DNA of 64,000 nucleotides from Takakia lepidozioides (Eukaryota > Plantae > Bryophyta): assembly GCA_030704615.1 (NCBI GenBank), contig CM060731.1, positions 40,052,001 to 40,116,000 on the forward strand, read 5' to 3'. The position numbers and the translations under genes are program-made. Shown in pieces: positions 11,810 to 22,658 of this stretch; the stretch's first letter is position 1, and each line of letters opens with the position of its first letter. Under the pieces are notes generated by a model, which did not search any database, was not told the DNA's origin, and saw nothing but the letters and a program-made list of their open reading frames with translations.

Positions 11810-13790
11810 CCTACACCTCGAAATAGACAATTATTGATGACAACGTTAGACTTGCAATAATTACCCTGCTCCTCAGCTCTGCTAGTGAATTGGTGAGGTC
11901 AATTACATATGGAGCCTGGCACACAGATGTGGCCGCTCCTAGCAGCACACTAGCTGCCGTAGCCTTGGCAATACTAGGTAGTGGTGCTGCCCGTGTAGCT
12001 CTCCCCAATGGCATAGTAACCTCCGCCTCGAGCGAGAACTAGGTGCCATGGATGGCATCGACACTGTCTCCGCCAATGTGAATGACTGAGGAAGCCTAGC
12101 TTGACGGCTTGCCTCCCCACGCTGTGGATCCAACTCCACCTCTGCACCTCGTGGCTTAGGAACTCGTGCTGCTCCTCGAGTCACGGCTGCAGCAGACTCC
12201 ACCTGCACTAGTGGTAGTGCTGCTCCGCACATGAATCACATGCCTCCCATATCTCCTCCCTCAAGAGTAGGAGGTGGACCATCCGGCCTTGGAGCCGGTA
12301 CCACCTGAGCTGTAGCCATGGCAGCAAGCCTCTGCTCTAGCTGCTGAAGCCGGTTGGCCATGCTTTGGTCAACACCCTGACCTCCGCGTCCTTGGCCATG
12401 TTGAGCTTGCCCTTGGCCTGCACCTCGTGCCTGCCCACCTCGTCCTCTCTGGGCTGCTCCACCTCGCCCCCGGACACCATTGTTCCCTTGGAACTGGCCT
12501 GGGCGCAACTCATGATGCAAATCATAACACTGGGCCTCTCCATGCCCGTGCTTGCCACAATGCCCACACTTCAACTGTGCAGGCTGTGCATGTGTTGGCC
12601 CTTTGCCTCCCTCTAGGCAATCCTTCTTGACATGGGGTCCTCCACATGTCCAACACACCACCTCTGCCCGTTGTTGGCCTGCAAATGAAGGGAGCGACCC
12701 CTGCATCTGAGGTCCTCTCTGTCTTTCCCTGGGCTTTATCTGGGCCCTCTTGTTGCCTTGAGCACGTTGAGGTAGTGGTTGGCTAGGAGCACCACTACCC
12801 CGTGGTGTCTCCTTAGCAAATCCCACCATGACCACTCGTTCCTCCACCATGTTGAGCTCTATCCGCTCTGCTAGCAAAAACATATTTGCTAAAGTGGGTT
12901 GGGCCGCTTGTAGGAGAGTTGCATCCCGCACCCTTCTCCTCAGCTCCTTGTCCAATATCCCATACCCAAATTGGACTGCCTGAGCTTCCGTAACCCCTTG
13001 GGTTACATTTATCAAGCGCCTCATGCAAGTGAAAGCCTCCCTCAAGCTCTCAGTAGGCTTCCGTTGGAACTCTTGCAAGCTCCGCAACTTCTCTATTTTC
13101 ACCCCTTGGTAGTTCCCTCTCAACTCTTCGAAGAACTCCACAACAGGGTTGAAGGCAGGCACGGGTACTAGTGCTGGTGCGGTAGTGGCTTGGGTGGACG
13201 TCGTAGCTACGGTACCACCAGTCCTACTAGTCCCACTGCTGCTTGCTAAAGCTGCCGGTGCAGCGGCAGGTGTAGCCACTGCCCTCGTGACTCTAGTGCC
13301 CCTAGTGATGGAGACATAGTCGGGTAACCAATACATCCTCCACTCCTCGATCTCAACCTCATGCCCCCGCCTGAACTCATGGTAATCATCCATAGGCGGC
13401 CCCTCAAGGTGCTGAACAGCCCCTTCTATGCCATGAAAGGCCGAAATAGTTGTGGATTGTGCATTTGCTGCAAATCACACCAACTATCAAAGTCTTGGAT
13501 AAAATCATCCAACTCGATGGTGCCCACCGCCCCAGAGTACCTTCGTGGCCCCTTGGTAGCTCCATACATCTCGTCCATTGTGTCCCACAACAATGGCAAG
13601 GAAACAACTTGCACCGCCGGTGTGAGTCCTCCTGATTCACAATCCAAATCAGAACCTTCCGTAGAAGACTCAGGAGATGAAGGTGGCCTAAACCGCACAC
13701 CTCGTCTCGTGTACCCACTAGTATCGCTAGTGCTCGAACCGGCACTGTCCCCAGCATCCGTGTTGACAAACTATCACTTAACCGGTCATG
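11810..13790 (-). mobile_element. Ty3/gypsy-like gag pseudogene (pol absent)
   Basis: Capsid-like region (FQRKPTESLREAF..MRRL) and two CCHC knuckles (CWTCGGPHVKKDC; CGHCGKHGHGEAQC). In-frame stops at 13426 and 12236, and a frameshift near 13410. Confidence 0.85.
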
Positions 13791-14404
13791 AACATGTCCC
13801 TAACCCCCTCTCCACAAGGTAACCGGGTAGAGAACCTGTTGCGGCTTATGGTTTGGAATACTAGGTTCCTAACATAGCCTACACCTGCACCTGCATCCAC
13901 CGCAAGCACTCATATGGTTGGCTAGTCATCACCTCCAACCTCACCACAGGAGAAACAATGATGGTCTGACTGGTCATCACCCCAGCCTCGTCATCGACAG
14001 CATGCTCTAGGACTGGCCGGTGATCAAACCCGGACCAATCACCTATAAAAACAAGCGCCCACACAAAACTAACATGGCGCACAGTCAAGCATGTAGGTAT
14101 GGAGGGGATCCAAACACAAGAAATCAGAACAACAACTCCCCCATACCAAAAACAACTCCACGGTGTCCTAGTTGCAAATTTGGACGTGACGCGGCGTAGA
14201 CGCGTCAGCGTCACGTCCGACGTCAGCGATGGACGTGCGTCACGTCACGTCCTAAACCGACGTTACTGTACATAAATATGTTTATTTTTTTACTTTACTA
14301 TTGACTATTTACTATGAGAACCGACGTGGCAGCCGATGTGGCCTGATTACGTGGACTTCTTTAATTATCTGTAAAATTCATATATTATGATTTATATTGT
14401 CAAT

Positions 14405-14880
14405 CATGCGACCGTCAGCAAAGGTTGGTCGGACAAATTTTTATTTTTTTTAAATAGGTACGACCACCAGAAAGGGGTGGTCGCACATTTTTTCTTATTT
14501 TTTAAATGGGTGCGACCACCAGCAGGTGGTGGTCGCAACATTTTCATTTTTTTTAATAGATGCGACCACAAGCAGAGGGTGGTCACACATTTTTTCTTTT
14601 TTTTAAATTGGGTGCGACCACCAGCAGGTGGTGGTCGCAACTTTCCATTTTTTTATAAATAGGTGTGACTACCAGCAGGTGGTGGTCGCAACTTTTTCAA
14701 TTTTTTTAAATAGGTGCGACCACCAACAGGAGATGGTCGTACATTTTTAATTATTTTTTAAATGGGTGTGACCACCAGCAGGGGATGGTCGCACATTTTT
14801 AATTATTTTTTAAATGGGTGCGACCACCAACTGGTGGTGGTCGCAGACTTTTTCTTTTTTGTTATTAGGTGCGACCGCTC
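14405..14880. repeat. Left subterminal array of the palindrome TGCGACCACC-N7-GGTGGTCGCA with T-rich spacers
   Basis: About 9 units with a period of about 51 bp. Confidence 0.95.
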
Positions 14881-14943
14881 CCTGGACACGTGACGAGGCG
14901 TGAATGGGCAGCAGAGGCGGTCGCACGCCAGGCCTCTCCAGGC

Positions 14944-14956
14944 AATATATAAGGGC
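14944..14956 (+). promoter_or_regulatory. Putative TATA box for the kinase cargo gene
   Basis: TATATAAGG just inside the left array, followed by a CT-rich leader and an ATG at 15241. Confidence 0.5.
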
Positions 14957-15240
14957 CTACCCCTCATTCCCAACCCACTTTTTCTCTCTCTCTGTGAGTG
15001 CGGTTCTGGGGCTTCTTGGAGTTTGAACTTCGGTGGCCAGGACTAAGCATGGGGGGGGGAGAAAGTGGATTTGTGCGGGGAGGAGTTTTTGCCTTTTTTC
15101 CCTGGGACTGCGGGAGAGTTTGCTTTGGGTACATACCAATAGAGGGTGAGGAAATTGGTCTGCTAGTATATAAGGTTATCAATAGTCTGGGTTTAGTTTT
15201 CCGTTACGAAGCCGCGTCTATTCCGCAGAGTACTTTCATC

Positions 15241-16600
15241 ATGTCCAGAAACGTTGCTTCGAACACAGTGTCAGGGGGTTCCTCGGGAAGTGGGCGTAAA
15301 AGTAGGAAGCGTAAGCATGCACATGAACGGGATAGTCAGGTCAACTAAAAAGACTATCCAAGCGCAGAGACCGCGAAGGTGGTGAAGCAAGTAGTGCTGG
15401 ATTATTTGAAGGACAATGACATAATGCGTTTGAATCTTTTGTATGTCCGACATGGGAATGAGGGGTTCATTAAATTCCAGCACAATATGGAGATGAGAAT
15501 GAGGGAGGCTTTGGCCGGGGATGAATGGGAGGGACAGGGCAAAGTTCCAGTTCACGAAATGGATAGAGGACCGGGCCCATGATGCCACATGGAATCTGAG
15601 GCAAACCATGGACAAGTTTGTTACGAGAACACATGTAGCTGAAGGTCGCATGCCAACTTCGGAGGATGAGTTGTTTGTGCTTGTGGATTGGTAGTCTGAC
15701 ATGGCAAATGCCCACGCCAAATGACGTACAAAACCACTTCCATGGAAGGCGGGGTCCTCGTCCGCGGATGCGGCATTGAACGTGAGATACATATCCACAA
15801 ACGCATAGGTACAACAACTCGACGCGCCCAAACATGGAGGGTATGGTACAATTCGGAGGGTTAGAATTGTTGGGGATCAATTCATTCCTCCATCTTGGGA
15901 GCTAGCAGGGAAAACGCCTAGGGAAATAAATGCTGAGCTTGCCAAAGTCCAACATAACAATGAGGCGTTGGCTGTAAAGTTCCATCATTTCGGCATCATA
16001 AAGTATTTTGCGTTGCATCCATGTCGAAATGAAGGTTAAACACATTGGTGGAATGGGGGGACCATACGATCATGGTTGAGTATTGACAGGAAATGGGAGA
16101 ATGATCGGGATAACAGGGAGTTAATGGAACGACGGGGGACGGAGCAAGAAATGCAGGAGGTCAACCGATTGGTTCGATTCCGACAGAATCGCACCCAATC
16201 GGCATGGGCGCTTTTGCACATCATGCTCAACGTCCATAATCACTACCTCTTGCACAACGACATGTCCCCCGACAACATCTTGTTACATTTTCCACAAGGG
16301 TCTGAAGATGTATACATCGGGGTATGCGATTGGGGAATGGCCTCCACGACAGATGACCCAAAAACCACGTTGTACATTTTCGAGAGCAGAGACAAGATGA
16401 TAAAGACTCTCACACATAGATGGTGGATTGCACCTGAAATTGCAATTGTTCATAATGTAGCCAACAACCAGTCAGATGACACACCTCGTAGGCCCCCTCT
16501 AACCGTGCCATCAGAGACCTTTGCAATTGGGAAGATAGCCCAGGCAATAAATGGGGGTAACACGTTCGATGCAAGCCTGTTTAACGATATGTCTACTTGA
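15241..16600 (+). pseudogene. Transposon-borne protein kinase-like gene, degenerate
   Basis: Kinase motifs appear in order across stops and frameshifts: Gly loop HGGYGTIRRV, ELAGK, NNEALA, WWNGGTI, catalytic LHNDMSPDNILL, CDWGMA, WWIAPE and SETFAIGKIA. Confidence 0.85.
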
Positions 16601-16914
16601 ACCTGTTTTGCTTCCGCTCTGAAAAACTTGTGTGTAGACACAGTAGAGTTGCGGTACAAACTAGAAAATGTTGTGAAACGTTTCATGACGGGGCTATTCA
16701 ATTGGCATGAGCCCACAAATTGCTGGAGGGTGGATAGAAACTTGTATACCTCTGACGCTACATCATGTTTGAATAAATGTTGTTTTCAATTGTGTTTGTC
16801 TCGTACCATAATGTTTTAATGGTTTGTTACTTGGCCATGGCACCTGGGTCCATCATATGGGATAATCAAGCACCACACCCACGAATCTTGAAGAGTGACA
16901 GTGTACCCCGGGTC

Positions 16915-19900
16915 AATGGGTGAACCAATCGTTCCCCTGCCAAATGATTTTAGATTGATTTGAAACTTTGGGAGTGTGTTGTACATGCCCTCTTTAAGTT
17001 ACCGGACAAGTATGAGGTCAATCTAAAACGGTTCTAAGGGTGAACCAATAGTTCCCCTATTAAATGATTTATGATTGAAATTTGGTTGAAAGGTTTAACG
17101 AGTCGTTCGGGGGGCAAATGATTATTTCTTCGCTTGCAACTTTGTGTACGTGATTTGTACGTACTTAAGCACATATGGACCAAAGTTGAACTTCAACAAA
17201 GTTGTTTGAATCGGTTATTCAAATTCATAAGGAGAAACAACATTTTCGCCTGCACATGAATTGTTTTTAATTCCATTCTGAAGCCATATGCTTGATAACA
17301 ACATGAAGAGTTGCATGCAAAATATCACCATGAACAGACATCATCTGCATCCAAAACACATTTTATTCCCTCATTTGCACTCCAAGGTGAAGTTATCTTC
17401 ATCTTCATGCACTCTTCATAGAGAGTTCTGTTATAGTGAGCATAGAGCAAAGGATGAACGTTTTTTTCCAAACATTTTTCTTTGGTACATTTTTTGGCAA
17501 GGATGTGGTGGTGTGAGGGTTCAACTCACAGAACAAAATCAAGTCAAAAACAAAATCATTGCGCCCCACACTCATTGTGCCCCACAATCCTATGCCCTCT
17601 AAATCATTTTATTTAGTAAAAATCCAGTTCAATTCAAAATTGGATGAAAGGGTGAACGGAAACTTCCCCGATGAAATGATATTTTATTGCTCCGAAACTT
17701 TGCAAGTGTCTTCTACATGCCTTACACGACTTTGAGAAGTATGACATCAATCTAAAATGGTTTAAAGGGTGAACCAATCGTCCCCCTACCAAATGATTTT
17801 AAATTGATTTGAAACTTTGCAAGTGTCTTGTACATGCCCTCTTACAGGTCTTTCACAAGTTTCAAATCAATCTAAAATGGTTGAAATGGTGAATCAATCA
17901 TGAACATATCAAATGATTTTGGAGTGCTTTAAAGCTTTGCAAGTGTCTTTCACATGCCATTTTAAAGGTACCGGACAAGTATGAGGTCAGTAGAATATGG
18001 TTGAAAGGGTGAACCAATCGTTCCACTATCAAATGATTTTACATTGCTTTGAAGCTTTGCAAGTGTCAGCCACATGCCCTCCTACAAATACCGGACAAGT
18101 ATGACGTGAATAAAAAATGGTTGAAAGGGTGAACCAATCATTCCGCTATCAAATGATTTTATATTGCTTTGGATGTCATTGCTTTGGTAATTCTAGCCCC
18201 CCAATGGCCTATTGTACCCCTTGAATTACAATTCAAAATGCAATTCAAGCCCTTAAAATTGGTAATGCCAGTCCCTAAAATGACCAACCCCGGCCGCCCC
18301 TCAAATTGTAATTTGAACCCTTGAAATTGTCAATTCCAACCCCTCAAATTGCAATTGAAGCCCCTGAAATTTAATTCCAACCCCTCAAATTGCACTTCTA
18401 GCCCCTGAAATGACAATTCCTGCTTCTCAAATTGCAACTATAGCTTGTGAAATGGCAATTGCTAGTGCAGCCCCTGAAAGTGGCAATTGAAGCCCCTAGA
18501 ATGGCAGTTTCAACCCCTCAAATTGCAAGTCAAGCCCCTGAAATTGGCAATTCGAGCCCCATAAATGGCAATTTCAGCCTCTTAAATTAGCTATGGGTGA
18601 ACCAATCATTCCCCTGCCAAATGATTTTGGATTCATTTGAAACTTTGCGAGTGTCTTGTACATGCCCTCTTAAAGTTACTGAACAAGTATGATGTCAATG
18701 TTAAATGGTTCAAAGGGTGAACCAACAGTTCCCCTGTTGGATGATTCATGATTAATCGTTAACGATTGATCTCATATTACACTGGGACCTATCAGAGGGT
18801 ACATTAAACACACTGGCCAAGTCTCAAAGCGAACGAAAATCATTTGGATGGGCAACCATCCGTCGGCCCATTGAACGAATTTCGGTTGATCTCATATTAC
18901 TCTGGGGCCTCTTCCATGGCACATTGAACATACTGGCCAAGTCTCAAAGCGAACCAAAATCATCTCGATGGCCAACCATCCATTGAGCCATCGAATGAAT
19001 TTCGATTGATCTGATATTAGTCCGGGACCTGTGAGAGGGTGTCTCGAACGTACTGGAAAAGTTTTGAAGCAAACAAAAATGATTTGGATGGGCAACCATC
19101 CGTTCACCCGTTGAATGTATTCCGCTGGATCTCCTATTGCTTTGGGACCTGTTGGACTGTGTTTCGCGTGCTCACGATTTTTTTTCCATTCCGTTTTTGA
19201 ATGGGGCGTGTAATGTTGCCATATGCAACGTGCGTGCCAAATTTGGAAGCGAACATAATTCATTTGGACCCAAAACCACAGTTTCTTCCCTGTTTTGCAC
19301 TCCAAACTTGATATGTGTTCAACTTCATGCACTCTTTATAGAGAGTTCTGCAAAAGTGAGCGAAGAGAACATTTTTTTTTTTGGGGAATTTTGGATTGGT
19401 CCAAATTTTGATGGGGGAGTAGTGGTGGGATGCTGGAAGCCGCAGAACAAAATTGAGCCAAAAACAAAATCGATACGTGCCAGAAACCCTCAATGAAAGG
19501 CAGTGCAAACCTATTTATTGGCTTAAAATTAATTTAAATTCAATTACATTATGGAATGGCTTGGTGTCGATGGGGAGGCAAATGATTTATTCGTCTGTTG
19601 TGTCTCCGCACATGTGTTGCACACATGTTCAAGCACATGCGGGAAAAAGAGGGGCTTCAACCACATCCGTTCAATGGGTGCAATAGCCGTGCACGCATTG
19701 TAGGATTTTTTTTTCGCAATGAATGCCTCATTGGCCCATCAAACGAGGTTACTTGATGTGCCGATTTCTGAATGCTTTCAAACTTTGCCATTGCATTGTA
19801 CATGCCATCTTAAAGGTACCGGACAAGTATGAGTTTGATTTAAAATATTGCAATGGGTGAACCAATGGTATCTTCATTCAATTTTTGATTGTTTTGAAAC

Positions 19901-19980
19901 TTTGCCAGTATATTGTACATGCCGTCAAACAGGTACCGAACAAGTATGAGGTCATTCAAAAATGGTTCAAAGGATGAACC
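16915..19980. repeat. Degenerate tandem-repeat block (two ~120-bp units and one ~21-bp unit)
   Basis: GGGTGAACCAAT...AAATGATTT...GAAACTTTGCAAGTGTC...ACAAGTATGA recurs at about 120-bp spacing (e.g. 17767, 17888, 18007, 18127). An AATTGCAATT-CAAGCCCCT unit occupies 18190-18590, and a second ~120-bp unit occupies 18765-19150. Confidence 0.85.
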
Positions 19981-20077
19981 TCGTATTTCCAAAAATCACG
20001 TAGACTATACAGTGGGTTGCACATTTAAGTTTTCGCAACCTGAGACCTTTGGCCTACTCCCTACGTTTCTAGCCTTT

Positions 20078-21575
20078 CTAGTCATCTTCATCTAGATTTA
20101 TTACTTCGTTGTCGTCATCTCCAGATGTTGATGAAGATGCTCCGGGTGTAGAGGACGTGCCTCCGCCAGTACGGAGAGCTCGAGCCTAGGCTCGAGTGGT
20201 CAAAGAGGGACCCAGTGTTGTGTGGTCCACCCTTGCCATCATGCGTAGCGTTCTAGGCGAGTGCTGACTCTCTTCCACATTTGCCAGAGTCGGGTGTGTC
20301 GCTCTTGCTACGGCGGCATGCAATTTTTCAATTAAATCTGATATGTTTGGAAGTGGCAATAATACCCCTGGAATAGGGGCAACTTGGTCACGTCATGTGT
20401 TCTGTCAATACTTTACAACACTCATGATGGCAGCCTTGAAATTGTCCAACACCTCCTCCTGCTGGGGGGCTCTGCGCAACTCTGGAAGAAATGGCCATTC
20501 ATCCCGACGAGGCACCCAGTACGTCTTATTCATATCCTCCCAACGGATGCTGGCGGCCTCCAACTCCCTCAGAAATAGGTCTCTCCCAATCGGTTCGCGA
20601 TTGTATGGGTCGTTTTTCACTGGCACCCACGGATCCTCAGGCAGTCGGAAGAATCTTTGTCTGGTACAGCTCCAATACCCTCCCAAGTTCCGGCAAAAAA
20701 ACTCCCTTTGGACTGGGTACCGTATGCCTCTAGCACGCACGATCATTTCCCAGTTGGATGTCACCCAAAATGTCACCGGATCTTTAACCCTAATTAACGT
20801 CTTTACATCCAAGGCGTGCATCTCTCTTGGAGCATCCCATGTCATTGTCTCCCCCCAGTGCTACCAATTTAAAAAATCGTAAGGCGATACATCTAATGAC
20901 ATGTTATACCGGTTGTACTCGTATCATGTGGGCATATTGTCTTGCAATCCAAACAACTCATAGAAACGTCGATGGATTGGTCCACGACAGTCAGGGCATT
21001 GGCTGGCTCGCATGGCTGCCGATATGAACCATGCGGGATGGAACAAATGGCCACATGAACCAAGCATATAGTCTCCCTCCGGTCCATAAGGGTTTAGGCA
21101 CATTGTGCACACCGTACCATCTGTTACCCATGACGCTGGATTGCTCTGTGGTATCCACGTCCGTTTATCCTCATGAATGTAGGATGACATCCTCAGCCTG
21201 GTGTCCCACTCCTCCTCTACTTCCAAATCCCAGTTTATGCTGTTATTGGTATCGGAAATTGTATGCACATAGTGCTCAAACATGGCATCCACATCAGCCC
21301 ATGTGGTGAATCCAGTGTACTTCGACGTGAATACATCACGTACAGTGTTGTGCCTTTGCAAATTAGCATAGATGCTATCTATATTTCGATTCGACAAACG
21401 TGCTGCACGTTGGAGGGAGGACAACGCTTCTTCTATCCGTGTATCCCGCGATGCTAGATGGCCCGCCCATGTCACCCAATTCCGCCAATTCCCCTTCAAC
21501 CATGGCCACGATTGGATTTGCATGGCATTTGAGTACCGATATGCAACAGCCCTAGCTTGCTCGCGTTCCAGATTT
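20078..21575 (-). pseudogene. Transposon-borne RING-finger protein gene, degenerate and 5'-truncated
   Basis: CTMC-x14-CGHLFHPAW-x9-CPDC, a RING-H2-like motif with one ligand replaced by W. ORFs 20924..21523 and 20405..20845 are in the same frame and read through TGA/TAG stops to an acidic C-terminus (NEVINLDEDD*) ending at 20078. Confidence 0.75.
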
Positions 21576-22345
21576 TATTTTTTTTAATAGGTACGACCAC
21601 CAGCAAGAGGGTGCTCGCAGATTTTTTATTTTATTTTTTAATGGGTGCGACCACCAACAGGGGGGTGGTCGCAGATTTTTTTATTTTTTTTAATGGGTGC
21701 GACCACCAGCAGGGGGGTGGTCGCAGATTTTATTATTTTTTATAGGTGCGACCACCAGCAGGGAGGTGGTCGCATAATTTTTCTTTTTTTTAATAGGCGC
21801 GACCACCAGCAGAGGGGTGGTCGCACAAATTTTGTTTAAAACAATAGATGCGACCACCACCTGCTGGTGGTCGCACTATTTTTCTTTTCTTTAATAGATG
21901 CGATCACCAGCAAGGGGGGGGTGGTCGCATAATTTTCCGATTTTTTTAAATCTACCAACAGTCAGTAGCTTAGTTGGTTAAGTGCACTGAGTGCGACCTC
22001 AGACGATTCTGGGGTCAAATCTTGCTACTTGATGGGTGTGGTATGGTTCGTGTGTGGTGTCCCATTCCTACGCCTCTTCGCGCATAAATGAAAGAGGTTA
22101 TTTTCTCCTCTCACTACTAAGGGGCCTGATTTGTGAGCTGTCGCTCCCAGGTGTTTCAAAAAAAAATTAAAAAAAAAAATCTGCGACCACCAGCAAGGGT
22201 AATTAGTAAATTAGTAAGTAGGTGCGACTACCAGCAGGGGGGTGGTCGCAACATTTTTCTTTTATTTTAACAGTTGCGACGACCGTTACTGGTGGTCACA
22301 CAATTGTTTTTTTTAAAATAGGTGCGACCACCAGGAGGTTGGTCC
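21575..22345. repeat. Internal array of the same 27-bp palindrome, oriented like the left array
   Basis: About 11 units with T-rich spacers, interrupted by a SINE. Confidence 0.95.
21954..22176 (+). mobile_element. tRNA-derived SINE, family B, copy 1
   Basis: A box TAGCTTAGTTGG, B-box-like GGGTCAAATC and a poly(A) tail, flanked by the AAATCT duplication (21948-21953 and 22177-22182). Homologous to 43905-44119. Confidence 0.8.
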
Positions 22346-22658
22346 CCTTGCACCTGTATGTATGTTTGGAGAGGCAGATGAAAAGCACATGTATCGACTC
22401 CCTATGGATTTGTGAAGGGGAAGATGAATGTTGGGAGCTGCACTTGACCTTTGTGGCTTTCGAAACCATAATAGAAATCAACAATGTAAAGGTAATGACG
22501 AAACACAAACACATGCACAACCACCAAACCCTTTCTTGGGTACACATATTCCACCATTTTTATTTCCGTACACGTATGCATGTACCCAAACTGAAACATG
22601 GATATCCATGGAAATATACTACACATCATGTGACAGGTCACAGAAGTTATAGCTGTAC

